NCBI GenBank assembly: GCA_002104945.1
Contig: MCFH01000003.1
Coordinates: 1,488,001-1,552,000 of the forward strand
Length of the DNA stretch: 64,000 nt
Direction of reading: 5' to 3'
DNA from: Piromyces finnis finn
Lineage: Eukaryota > Fungi > Neocallimastigomycota
The notes under the pieces were generated by a model. It saw only the letters and a list, made by a program, of their open reading frames with translations, was not told the origin of the DNA and ran no database searches. This document shows positions 43,380-64,000 of the stretch, one piece after another; position 1 is the stretch's first letter, and each line of letters begins with the position of its first letter. Made by a program: the position numbers and the translations under genes.

Positions 43380-46300
43380 TTAGGCTATATTTTTCTTTAA
43401 AATATCAATGCCCTTGAAACTTATAGTCATTGTTCCCATTTCAATGGTTTGATTTGGATCATATAATATTATATTCTTATTTTGAACATCATTTCCATTT
43501 TGTATTATACTATTCCAATCCCATTCAGCAAAGGCTAATTCATTAGAAATGCCTGATTCATCTGGTGGCCTAAATATACTAATTTGGAAGTCATTTTCAT
43601 TCACCATATTCTTTAAAAGATCAATCTTTTCTTTATTCGATTTATCGATATTGAATTCTATTTAAATTTATAAAAAATTTACAAGTTAATCATTATGGAA
43701 ATCAATTTTATTATTATTTTAGGAAATAGCGATAAAATCTACAACAAATAATAATAATAAAATAATATTTAATGTATAATAAATTACTTTTAGAAAAGTG
43801 GAATATCATTTTATTATCATCCAATATAGAATAATCTGATGTTAAATCTTGAGGTTCATAGTTTAAGAATTCATAAGCAATGAAACATTCCTTAACGTCC
43901 TTTAACATGTTGGTGACTTCATTATTGTTTTTAAAAGTAGCTGATTCAATTATTATTTCAATAGAATCCTAATAAAAGGATAAAAAAATTTTTATATAGA
44001 TATTTATTATAAAATTTATTATTCTTTATGAATAAAAATAAAAATAGTTGTTAATATTAAATAATATTTATATTTACGTTATTATTATTATTTGAAATGA
44101 TTGAATTTTCTTCTTTTTTTGTCTTATTCATCGATTCCTTATTATTTTCAATTTCTTCTTCATCTTCAAATTCATCAATTAAATAGTCTTCTTCAATATC
44201 TTCTTCAATGTCTTCTTCTACATTTTCTTCTATATCTGTTCCTGTATTTGGTGGTGGTGTCTTTGGGTTTTCATTGGTTTCTTTTGTTTCACTGTCGATT
44301 TTTATTATTTTCATTTTTGGTACGGAAATTTCACTTTCAGATTTTTTCTCTGACATTGATTTTTTTTCTGTACTGCTTTCCTCATTTATTATGGAAAGTT
44401 CTCTTTCATCATCACTTCCGAAACTCATTATGTCACTGTCTTCTTCTTTTTCATCCGTTTCTGTAATACTATCTAATGGAGTTTGTTTGTTGTTATCATT
44501 ATTTATTTCGAATTTATCATTTTCAGCATTTAATACGATGGGTATAATTTCTGTTTTTATTTCTTCTTTATCCTTTTCAGTCTTTTTAAAAGTAGAAACA
44601 GAAGAAGATGCTGATGAAAATTCTTTTGATTTACCGTCTGTTAATTCCGAATTTCCTTTCTCTATAGATGATGATATCGTGCTATCATTTTTAACACTTG
44701 GTAATGATTTTTGAATTTCAGATATGCTACCATTCATTTTTACATTATTATTTATATTTTCGTTGCTACCGCTACTACTACTTATACTTGGAAGGGATGT
44801 TTTTGATTTTGAATTACTCTTTTTACTTTTTATACTACTATTTGATGACTTTAATTTATCTTTACTAGATTGTTTTCCCTGTTCTGCTGTTTCATTCAAT
44901 TGTTTTGATTTATTAGATTTATTAGAATGACTCGATTTATGTGAATGACTTGATTTACTAGAATGACTTGAATGACTAGAATGATGTGATTTATTTGATT
45001 TATTTGATTTACTTGATTTAGATGATTTACTTGATTTACTTGATATTAAGCTTAGTACTGAACTATCATCAGAGTCATCATTTTCTGCAATATTTAATTT
45101 AATATCACTGTGTGATAATATACAATTTATATAAAAATGTTATTAATATTATTTTATTGTATTTTTTTTATTATTATTAATAATTATATATAATATTATA
45201 ATTTATTATTTAAATATTACTTTTTAATAATGACTAACTGTACTGATTCATCTTCACTAATATTATATATAAAAGTATATATACATTATTGATTAGATTT
45301 ATTAGATATATTTGCTTAATATTATTAATATTATTCATATTTTTTTTATGGGATTACCTTTTAGAACCGGAATGTGAACTGTTTAGGGATTTTACAGATT
45401 CAACGTCAGTAGAATTTTGTTTATTTAATGAAGATTTTGATGTGCTTGTTAGTATATCCAATTTTTCTTTTGATTTAGATATTGATATATTTTCTGAGGT
45501 ACTTTTAGAGCTAGAATGGGATAGTGACTTTTTAGAGGGTGAACTTTTAGAATTAACAGTGGAAGAAGAGGATACTTTATTGATTGAATTCTTTGAAGGT
45601 AGGGATGAAGATGATTCTTTAGATTGAGGACTTTTAATGCTTGATTTTGATGATTTTTTGGATGTAGATGATTTTGACGAGGTAGTTTTTGAACTCTTTG
45701 AATTTGTTGAAGAATGTGATGTAGATGTTTTTGAAGATGATAGAGAATTGGAACTTTTTGATTTTGAATTTTTAGAATTGGATTTATAGGAACTTTTTGA
45801 TTCTGTTTCACTTGAAGAACTAATAGATTATACCAATTATTTTATTATATATATATGTTAGAATATTATATAAGTAATGTAATTTTAATATATAATACTA
45901 TAATATTATTAAATGATAATTGAAAACGTACCTAGAATTTGAATCACTTTAATAATAAAATATAATTTTAAAAATAATTTTTTTCATTAGTAATTATTAA
46001 GTATAAATTAAAATAAATAATTTTATTTATTTTAATTTATATAAAATTTACCTTTCTTTTAGGTATTTTTTAGTTGTTATCTTACTTATCTTTGGCTTAT
46101 TATTCAATTCTTTTTTAATTGAATAATCATCATATTTTGATATCAACTTTTTTTTTTTTAATAATTATTAAAAATAATTTAATGATATAAAAAAAAATTA
46201 TATCCTATATTATAATCATTTTTTATAATACTTACTGGAATTGGTTCTACAGTATATTCTTTATCCCATTTAATATCTATTATCATATCACCAACCTTTT

Positions 46301-49300
46301 TCTTATTATCATCCTAGAGTTATTGAAAAATAATATTAATATATGAATATATTATTATTTAATGAATGAATATTTTTGAATTGATATTATCAATCAATAT
46401 ATTATATATTTTTAGTAAGGGATTACTAACAAGGATATCAAATGATCCTTCAATACTTTTATTATTTGCTAATTCACTTAAGTTAACATTAGCAACACCA
46501 TAAATATAATTTTCTTCTGTTTTATCATCATTGAATACAGCAATGGATAGCTATTCAATATTATTAAAAAAAATGTTTGATAAAATATATTAATATAAAT
46601 AAAATGTAATGTAATCATTATTTTATGAGAAGATCAATTTTTACACTTGAAGTTCTTAAATAACGATCCAAACTTGGAGTCATAGCAAGCATTACTTTAT
46701 TAATATTATTGAATTTAGGTGATAAATTATTCCAAACAGTATCCTAAGGATTATTAATTATATGGTTTTATGTTGTTAAAATAATAATAGCAACAAAACA
46801 AATATATATTTTTATAAACTTACTGTAATAACTTCATCATATATATAAAATTTATAGGCAATGAATGGATTTTTATATTTTTCACTATCTTTAGATATCA
46901 AATTTTGACATTCAATAACATTAATTATTAATTCATTGTATTGTTGTCTTGTATTTTCTGATATTCTATTATAATGAAACATAATGATTATATTATAAAT
47001 TAAGATTTAATTAATAAATAGATATGTATGTAATTTTTTTTTTAATCCATAATAGGTATAAGTAAATTTAAATTCATACGGTGGTTCTATAGCTGAAGAT
47101 GATGAAGTATTTGATAAAAGATTTAAGGCTATTGATCGATCTTTATAAGCTTTAATTGCTTGATTCATTGGTATATATGTCTTAATAGTATATTCTATAT
47201 TACCAATAACAGTTTTCTAGGAAGAGTAAAAAAATAAAATAAAATAAAATAAAAATAGGTCATCAATTAATATAAATAAAAATAGGATTATTAAATATTT
47301 CTTTTTATGTAATAAATTAAAAAATTTTTTTATATATTTTTATTTTTACTTTATCACTTGTACTGATAAGATCGTTGTAATATTTAAGACATTCATTATT
47401 ATTTGTTAAACTTGGATCAAGTATATCCTTAAAGGATACATTACTAAATAATATAAAAATGATATATAAATAGTGGTATACGAAAACTATTTTTTATCCT
47501 ATTATATATATTATTTATAAAAATATTTACCATGTTGCAAAGTTTATGTATTCCACACCATTTGTACGATACATTTCCAATGACATTGTTTTATTTTGAA
47601 TATGGTATAAGAAGAAGTCATCAATAAATACTTTGTATCTTTTTTTATAAAATTTTAGAAATGAATAAAGAAATATATATTATATATGAATAATGTTAGA
47701 AATAAATAAAGATAAATATTATATTATATTATAGATAAAAAATTTTTTTAACTAAGTTTTTGATTTAATAAAACGTAACAAGTTTTATTGAAAAAGAAAA
47801 TTTTTTAAATTTCGTTGATATAGACGATATTTACTTTGATATAGAATTATATCTTGGATTAATACCAAGTCCAAGAGGTGTAGATTGCGATTCAAAGCCA
47901 TAAAAGTCATAAGAGATACATGTTGTCATTGAATCAGTATTATCATTAAATCCTAATTCATTTAATATACGTAAACCATCACTATTAATATTAGCACATT
48001 TAATATTAAACTCAATAAGATTTTGTCCATTTTCAAGTTCAACATTTTGAACAATTTCCTTGTCTTCCTTAATTTTTTGTGGAACTAAAAAATATGAAAA
48101 AAAAATAAAATTTTTTTTAAAGTATTAGTTATTTTTTCTTTTAATTATTATTATTTATTACAAATCATAAAAAAATATAATAAATAATAGTATACCTTTT
48201 GTTGTTCCATAAATAATATTTTTAAGTTGAGCTTCTAAATAAGCTATTTTATTTGAACGTAAATCCAATATTCTTGAATCTTCTTCCAATCTCATTTCTA
48301 TTACAATAATAATATTTATAATAATAATAATAATTAACGAATCTATCCTTTAAAAAATGTATATATAAATCTATTATTCTATCAAGATGTTTTCCCATCA
48401 TTATTATCCAATTATTTATCCATTACTTTACCATACTCATTTTTTATTTGTTCAATTTTTTTCTTTAAATCTTCATTTTCTAATTTATATTCATTATTAA
48501 TTTTTTCTTCCATTTCCAACAACTTTTGATATTTATCTAAATCTCTCACACAATCAGCATATTGAATTTGTAATTCCTGTAATAATTTTTTATTTTCAAG
48601 CGAATTTTCAACATTTATTAAATTCTCTTCCGTTATACCTTTCTTTTTACGAAGATTTACAATAGCTAGAGATTCTTCAATATCCTTCCATTCAATACCA
48701 TCTTTTAAAATTGAATCTATTTTTTCTTTTAATTCTTCATAATTTTGTTGTATTTCAAGTTTAGAAGAATTTGATATTGATAAATCTGCTTGACTTTTTT
48801 TTAAATCATCTAGAATAATTTTTTTTGTTTTAATAATTTAATTTCATTATTATTGAAATAATGTTTTTTTAATAAAAGAATATTATTTATATAGTAATAA
48901 AAAAAAAGAAAGATTAAAAAAAAATTACTATTTAATTCTCCATTTTCTTTCAATAATTCAGCTTTTTCTTTTATAATTTCTTTTATTTTTTGATTTAATT
49001 TTTCTTCATTCTGAATATATTTTTTAATTTCTTCTTCATGTTTTTTATTTAACATCTCATTTCCATTCATAGTATCTGATACTAATTTATCTATATCATT
49101 AGTAAGTAATTCATTTTCTGCTCTTAAATCAGCAATAATTGTTTCCAACTTTTTTTTTTTATTATTATTAAAAAATGAATAATCAAATAATAAATTTTAT
49201 ATGATGGTTAATGATTTAAAACAAGATATAAAATTTAATTTTAGAGTTAGAAATATATATTTACTTCTGCACAACTTTTTTCATTTACTGACATATTTTT

Positions 49301-51306
49301 TATTTTTTCTTCAGCTTCAATTCTTTTTTTTCTTTCCTTTTTTTTTTTAAAGATAAAAAGTATTATAAAATATAAATATAAATAATAATATTTTATAATA
49401 TTTTATATAGATTAAATAAATTATATAGATTAATGATGATTTTTTTTAATGCAATTATATTTTATTTTTCATAATTGGTATCTTAATCGTAATCATAATA
49501 ATACTTAGGTATGTGCATGTACCTCTTTATAATCATTATTTATTTTTTCGATTTCTTTGGAAGCTTCTTCAAAAGCTTCATTCATTGATTCATATTTTCC
49601 GTTTAATTCCTCATTTTTTCTTTTAATTTCCAAAATTTTTTTATTTTTATCTGCAATATCTTTTTGCATTGATATTCTTTCAATATCCTCTTTTAATAAC
49701 TCGCTATAATATATATATGAATTTAAATATCAATAAAATATTTTAAAAAAATATTTATTTTGAGACTGGCTTTTTTTTTTTTTTTTTTTTACTTTTATTA
49801 TTTCTACCTTTCATGATTTTCCATTAATCTTGCTTTATCACCTTTTTCTTTTTCTATTTCTAATTCTAATTTTTCTATTTTATTTCTATATGTATTTGCT
49901 AATGTTTGTCTAGTTAAGAAAAAAAAAATCAAATTTTGAAAAAAAGGAATTAATAAGATCAATTTTTTCTTTTTTATTTTAAATTAATATAAAGGTTCTT
50001 ACAATTGTTCTTTTTCTTCATCATGATAATCACTATATAAAAGTGAATGTATATATTTATGTATTTTAATAAGAATTCTATTAAAAAAAGAAAGATAATT
50101 TAAATAATATTATATATCTAAAAAAAAAAAATTCATACTCTTCACAAGTTTCAGTTGCTACCGAAGCAAATGTTTTTTTAGGAATTTCTTCTATACTACT
50201 TTCACTAGTAATACTTTCAGTTTCATCACTAATAATACTCATACTATCATTTTCCATTCCTTTATATCGTTGTTGCTGTTTGTTTCCTATTAAAACCGTT
50301 GGTACCAACCTTTTAGTTGTAGAATATCTTAATGTTGAATTCTATCATTTAATAATTCATTTTCACATAATAATTATATATATTTATTTAATATATATAA
50401 TCAATTAAATTTAATATTTTTTTTTTTCGCTATATCTATATTTATATATTATTTTATTTTAATTTAATTTACAATTGATGGATTTCTATAATTATAACTT
50501 GATTTATTTCGCTTCTTTTTTTGAGCATCTTGTAATGTTTGCAATGTGATAACCTAAAGAAGTAGTATTAATATAAAGATTATTAATTAGAATTCACAAA
50601 ACATTTTAATTTAAAAAAAAAAAAAACATTTTGTTTCATATTATTTATATATTATCATTGATGTTTACTTTTGAGTTTAATTTATTATTTGCTTTTGTTA
50701 AATCCTGTACTCTTTTTCGTAAATCTTTAATTAAATCTTCAGTTTCAATATCTCTCTTTTTCGCTAATTCTTATAATTTGAAAAGAAAAAGTTAAAAATT
50801 TTATACATAACATCTAATATATTATTATCATCATCTTTCCATAAATATGATTTTTTTCTTTTAATAAAAAAAAAAAATTCGAATGTAAACATGATTTACC
50901 TCTAGCACTAATTCCTTTATTAGGCATTAATAATTCTTTATTTTTCTTAATATCTTCTGAAAGTTTTTGAACCTTTGTCATTAATCTTTAATTATTTTTT
51001 TTTTAAAAAAAAAAGATGAATTATTAATTTTTCTTTGATATGTATAAATTAATCATTAATATATTACATTTTTGATCTTTCTCTTTCATCATTTAGTTGT
51101 TTTTTTAACATAATATTTGTATCCTTTATGGAATAGATTTCATCAGCCAAATCCATTGACTGATTATCTATTAATTATTATTTTTATATAATTGTTAATA
51201 TCTAATGAAGTTTTAATGTCTTATCTATGTATATATATTATATATTGATTATTATATAGCTGTAAAAGTTACCTTTATAATCCATAGCCAAACGACGAGT
51301 CATCAT
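43380..51306 (-). CDS. RPGRIP1L: RPGRIP1L/MKS5/NPHP8 ciliary transition-zone scaffold (coiled coil, C2, C2, RPGR-interacting C2), more than 20 exons
   Basis: N-terminal LADEIYSIKDTNIMLKKQLNDEREKIK-LMTKVQKL; LQIQYADCVRDLDKYQKLL..RLEEDSRILDLRSNKIAYLEAQLKNIIYGT; first C2 ENGQNLIEF..CISYDFYGFESQSTP..DDFFLYHIQ; second C2 NELIINVIECQNL..PFIAYKFY; C-terminal FIAYEFLNY..FHFSK..MGTMTISFKGIDIL. Confidence 0.9.
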
Positions 51307-52657
51307 CTTGGCTAAGATTTAATGATTATTTAATAAAAAATATATGAACTATTTTTGGTTTTTGAATATAACTTTAATGCAACAAGAAAATTTTATAAAA
51401 TAAAAAGTATGAGAAAAAAAAAAAGTATAAAATAAAAAAAAAATTTTAAAAGATAATAATAATGGATAAATTTAAATAGAATTGTATTAAAAAAAAAAAT
51501 GCTACGCAATTACTTTATTATACATTATAGAAAAAAATGTTTATGAATATTATTGATTATAAAAAAATTCTTTTCAAACTTTAACTCTAATTAATCATAT
51601 GACAGGTATAAACATTATAAATAATAAAACTTTTAACTCTTTAAAGTTGATATTAATTAAAATTTAATAAATAATATTTAAAAAATTGGAATTTTTTTTT
51701 ATTATACATATCAATAGAAATATTATTTACACAAAGATGAATCATTATAAAATAGTAATAATAAAAAGGAACATAAATCAAATTGGCATAATAAAGCTAT
51801 AGGTTATATTTATTTAAAAGGATATTATCTCTAGATGATTTCTTATTTTTTTTTTTAAAAAAAAAGTTAATTATAATGTAAAATAATAATTTATTTCAAT
51901 ATGTTTTTATTTTACCATTACTATTTAAAAGTTGTTCCCTTTAAAAATATAAATATTTTATTTGTGAATTCAAAGAACAAATTAATGATTATTATTACTA
52001 ATATTAATATTAAATTAATAGGTTAAATAATTAATAATTTTATCTGTAAAAAAAAGAGAGTATGAAATTAGAAAAAGTATAATAATTCGTTAATATTATA
52101 ATAATTAATTCATTATATCATTTATTATAGTAAAGTTATTAGTTTTTTTTTTATGTAACATGTAACTGTGGTAGTTTATATTTTAAAAATCTTCCATTAA
52201 AAAATCAGTTAAAAAATAAAAGGAAAAAAAAAATTATTGGATAAAATTAATAAAATGGATGGTTCAACTATTTAATTTTTAAATGAAAAAAAAAAAAAAA
52301 AGAATTAATTAAATGTTTTTTTTTTTTACTTTTTTTTTATTTAAAAAGGAATCGTTTTTTTTAAGAAAGAGTAAAAGAATAACAAATTTAACTTGTAAAA
52401 AATAAAAAAATATTCTCTTTTTTTTTTTTTTTTTCTTCTTTTTTTTTGGGGGTTTAAGAAAACTTTTTTTAATCAAACCAAACTAAAAATATTTTTTTTA
52501 AAAAAAAAATTTAAAATACAAAAAAAAAAAAAAAAAAAACTTTAAAATTTAATAATATTTTTATTATTTTAAAAATAAAATCAGATTTCAAATTAAATAA
52601 TCGTTAGAATCATTTTGAAATTTATTTTTCATTTTATTTTTTACAATTATAAAAAAA

Positions 52658-55831
<3,174 letters not shown>

Positions 55832-56430
55832 TTTTAATAATTACAACAACGATAATATATATTTAATTTCATTTTAATATCATTAAAATATTTAAAGGCA
55901 TAAATAAAAAAAAAAAAAAAAAAAAAAGGGAAATAAACAAGCAAACAAGCAAGCAAAAAAAAAAAAAAAAAAAAAAGATCTTAATACTACTACTAAAAAT
56001 AAAACATGTATAATAATAATTCATAAAATAATATTAAATAAAACCATCCATTTTATAAAAAATAAAAACCAACAATTTTGAATTTTAAAATTGAATAAAA
56101 TAAAATATTTTATTTTTTTTATTTATTTATTTATTTATTATTGTTATTTTGTTGATGTTTCTTTTATCATTTTTTCGTTAAATATAAAAATTATAAATTA
56201 TTAATAATAAATTAGAAGAATTAAATAATATATATATATAAAGCATATAGTTTTTGAATTCTTTTTTTTTTTTAAAAAAAAAAAAAGATTTATGTATATA
56301 TATATATAGTTCAGAAGGGAAGTGTATTTCACAGTGATAAATTAAATCTTTTTTAAAGTATTTCTCTATTCTATAATTCTATTGAATAAAAGATAAATAT
56401 AATTTTTTTTTTTTTTTAAAAAAAAATTAT

Positions 56431-60534
<4,104 letters not shown>

Positions 60535-61686
60535 TTTTTTTTTTTTTTACTTTTATAATAAATTTAATTAATTTATATATATTTATTAGAAATGCTTTTT
60601 TTTTTTTTTTTTTTAATTGATATTATTAAATTATAATGGTATAATGAATGAAAAATATAATACAATTTATATATAAAAATGTTAATAGATTTATATATAA
60701 AAAAAAATAAACCAAAATATAAAACCAATTCATTACTTTTTATTTATTACTTTTATTAATAATAATTCTTCTTTTCCCTTCTTTTTTATTATTAATATTA
60801 ATGTTATATTTATTTTTTATTTTTTTTTTTTCGCAAAGAAGTAAACCTCTTCAGCCTTTTTTTTTCCCTACTAGTAGTAATGAAAAAAAAAAATTATTAA
60901 TAAAAAAAAATAGTTACATTAAAATTGATTGGATAAAAAACAATTATTTTTCAAAGTTTTATTATGAATTAAAGTTAAAAAATGTTACACAAAATTAAGT
61001 GGATAATATCCCGCAAAAAGAAAAAAGTTTTCTTTACCACCTTTATTTTACAATAAAAATGGAAAGTCAACTTTTTTTAAAAAGGTTAAAGAAGAAAGTA
61101 TAGCAATGGCATAAATGTTTACTTTTCTGTTTTTTTTTTTTTAAATCTATACGGATATCAAAAAATAATTATTCTTATATTTAATATTAATTATGTATGT
61201 TGTAAATTTAGTTTCTTTTATTTAAGTGTATTATCAATAGAAAAAAAAAAAAAAAAAAAGCTTTTGTAGGGCTACTAATGCTAATAATACATGTGCCATA
61301 AAAAAAGGATATTTCATAAAGTAAAATTAAAAAGAAGAATAATCCCAAAAATCCTTTTAAAACAAAACAAAAAAAAAGAGTTTAAATTAATTTTCATTAT
61401 TATAAACATTTGTAACTAGCAACAATAAGCACTAATTTTAATAATAACAGTACATATTTCTTTTTAAAAAAAATTAAATAAATGTTATAAAGGGTAATAA
61501 TAATAATTCTATTTATATTTCCAATTTTTTACATTCAATTTTATTATGGAATAAGTAAAAAAGAGGTTTTTAAAAATAACTAACAAATATTTTATTATAA
61601 AGATAATACGTCTGCTTCAACGAATTATGGAAGTTTTTTTATAAAAAATTTCAGATAAAAATGTAACTTTAATAAAATATATTTCC

Positions 61687-62054
61687 TATACCTGTACAAT
61701 ATGTTCTAGTTATTCCTATAAATATGAATCGTGTAGATCCCAAAAATGCAATGATGACTGTGAATATATATCTAATACCTATTTTAAATAAGGAAATAAT
61801 CATAGCTCATTATGGTGATGATATCCACACACCTTCTACGCTTTTTAAAAGTAGTGGTTCTTATATACATTATAGTAAACTATGTAATAATAATAATAAA
61901 TGTTCTTTTAAAAAATGTATTGAAGGAATTTGTTTATAAGTAAACGGATGGTCCTTCTAATACAGAAACTTTCTCCACCACTCAAAGCATTAGCTTAATG
62001 ATTCCAGCTGTAGCCTTTATTTTATTGATTATCCTTTGTTGGTATAAACGTTAA
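61687..62054 (+). pseudogene. Degraded remnant of a Cys-rich single-pass membrane protein gene
   Basis: Three reading frames give contiguous pieces: YTCTICSS..ESCRSQKCNDDCEY (stop), then HYGDDIHTPSTLFKSSGSYIHY..CNNNNKCSFKKCIEGICL* (61937), then after a frameshift TDGPSNTETFS..MIPAVAFILLIILCWYKR*. It resembles, from memory, an expanded gut-fungal Cys-rich/TM family. Confidence 0.45.
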
Positions 62055-63023
62055 AAAAAAAATAGAAATATTTTTCATATATCATATATCATGTATGAAT
62101 AATATGTATGAATAATGATAAAAAAAAAAGGAAAATATTATATAATAATAATTTTTAAAATTATTTTAATTATATATATATGTGATTATATATGATTATG
62201 CTTTAGTGTTCTATTCCATACAACATATACAACATGAACATAATTATTTCGATAAATATAAAATATTATAAATATTAAATTTTTGAGAAAATGAATAAAA
62301 TAATTGATGTTTTTTTTTTTTTTTTTTTAATTTTTTGAAGGTGTAAGCCTTATTAATAACAATAGTTCTACCAAAGTTTAATAGACAATTAAAATATAAA
62401 AATGTTGTATACATATAAATTATAAATTATTTAATTTCCTTTACTTTTTAATATGTTAGAAAAAAAAAAAAAAAGAGCATTTATAATTATTCAATATCAA
62501 ATGAAAATGCTTTTTTACATTCCTGTAATATATATTATTATACATATAAATACTAATGAAAGTGAATCATTAATAAAAGGACAAAAAAAAAAAAAGATGA
62601 AAAAGAATTTTATAATGTTTTAAATGCTTTATATTTTTTTTTTATTTTGTTTTTGTTTTTGTTTTTTTTAAATATAAATAAATAAATAAATAAATAAATA
62701 TTTTTTTTTTTAATTACAATAAATTATAAAATTTGAAATGTTTAAAAATTACCATTGAATAAAAAACTGCACATGGAAAAGTAATCAACTTTTCGATTGT
62801 TGCTTTAATTGTTATGGCAATTTAAAAAATTTAGTATTATTATTATTTTTTATTCTTTTTTTTTTTCTTTTATAAATATATATAAAAAAAAATATGTCTA
62901 ATAATAATAATAAATTTAAAATATTATATATATAGCTATACAGAATAAATTTATTTACTACAAAAGAAAATAAAAAAAAAAAACAATCAACTTTATTACA
63001 AATAAAATAAAAAGAAAGAAATA

Positions 63024-63045
63024 GTGTGTGTGTGTGTGTGTGTGT
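63024..63045. repeat. (GT)11 microsatellite
   Basis: Directly visible. Confidence 0.9.
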
Positions 63046-63381
63046 AAATACTATATCTATATAGCTATAAAGAAAGAAAAAAAAAAAAGAAAATATATAT
63101 ATATTATATAAATATATATAATTTATATATATATCAAAAGGTTAACTATTTATATTTTAAAATTTAAATAGTTTTATCAAATTATATTAAAATAAATTGA
63201 CTTTTGTGTGGTATAATTTAATAAATGAAATAAAAAAAAATAAATAAAAATTAAAAGTATAGTAAAAAGAATAAAAAAAAAAAAAAAGAAAACGTAATGC
63301 ATTTATATATTACAATGGCTATACGATAAATTATATTGGCAGTTATCCGAATGATTTTATTATTATTGTTAGTATTATTGT

Positions 63382-64000
63382 CTAAAATGCCGTGGTAGAC
63401 CAAAGCATTGAATTTAACGGTTGAGAAGTTTGATAAAATTCATTTTGGGAAGGAATTTCTGGAGAATCAGTTGTTACTTGGAAATGAGGTGAAAATAATC
63501 CTGAGGAGACCGTTAATTCTGTTAAGGTATCAGTAGAAACAGTACTTAAATTGGTTGGTGTTAATGGAGTTGGAGTGGCAAATGTTGTTTGAGAAAAGGT
63601 GGTGGTTGGGGTATTAAAAATAGTTGGTGTAAAAGTAGTAGAGGTGGTGAAAGAAGTTGGATTAAACGTGGTTGGGGTATATTGGCCTAAGAGAGCACTA
63701 GTTTCCGTTTCTGTTGATGAATTATCCGAGAATTGAAGAGAAGCGTTTAAAGCAACTGGATCAATTGTAGCACTTAAACCACCATCAAGTGGAGTTTCAT
63801 CCTCTTGCCATTTTGAAACCCTTAAATAAAAAGATTTTTCTAATTTATATGAAGAATCACCGTGATAGTAACTTGCAATGACAGTAATTTCACAATCCTC
63901 AGCGGTTTCATCTGGAATACCAGATAAAACATTATTTTCCCAAGATAACCAACTTGGAAGCCATGGTGAATGAAACACGACTTTGGGTGATCTAATTTGT
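63382..64000 (-). CDS. 3' exon of a gene that starts beyond the window; CADG/He_PIG-like Ig module followed by a Thr/Ser/Pro-rich tail
   Basis: Acceptor near 63992, then SPKVVFHSPWLPSWLSWENNVLSGIPDETAEDCEITVIASY (LPSWL..LSG-P pattern of cadherin-like/He_PIG domains) and a T/P/F-rich low-complexity tail. Confidence 0.6.
   Translation of the reverse strand, partial: QIRSPKVVFHSPWLPSWLSWENNVLSGIPDETAEDCEITVIASYYHGDSSYKLEKSFYLRVSKWQEDETPLDGGLSATIDPVALNASLQFSDNSSTETETSALLGQYTPTTFNPTSFTTSTTFTPTIFNTPTTTFSQTTFATPTPLTPTNLSTVSTDTLTELTVSSGLFSPHFQVTTDSPEIPSQNEFYQTSQPLNSMLWSTTAF

Noticed and set aside
44101-45811. ORFs 44101..44466, 44208..44714, 44724..44930, 45289..45627 (+) and 45449..45811 (-)
   Set aside because: Shadows of the Ser/Lys/Glu-rich RPGRIP1L exons; no independent coding signal.

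Overview
Extremely AT-rich, intron-rich eukaryotic DNA. Flagellar/centriolar genes occur alongside fungal-type housekeeping genes, so the source is most likely a zoosporic anaerobic gut fungus (Neocallimastigomycota); this is inferred, not proven. I reconstructed about 16 spliced protein-coding genes by hand. Confidently recognised: AADAT/KAT-II-like aminotransferase, eIF3c, Ufd4/TRIP12 HECT ligase, apicortin, ESS2/DGCR14, a delta/zeta-class tubulin (zeta-leaning), VPS51, importin-alpha, a NIMA/NEK2 kinase, RPGRIP1L, NAE1 and TTC27/Emw1. Less certain: four orphan genes, one 5'-truncated gene and one degraded pseudogene. The ORF track fragments most genes and misses apicortin and most of the tubulin. 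The main signal is an intact zeta-like tubulin about 3 kb from an apicortin, with NEK2 and RPGRIP1L adjacent to each other further on: four basal-body/flagellum-associated genes in about 35 kb. Other points: a 17-bp CACGTG-containing inverted repeat, a 20-nt microexon in the kinase catalytic loop, and many poly-A (not polypyrimidine) splice acceptors. No rRNA, tRNA, CRISPR or intact transposon was recognised. Exon boundaries are manual GT-AG inferences.
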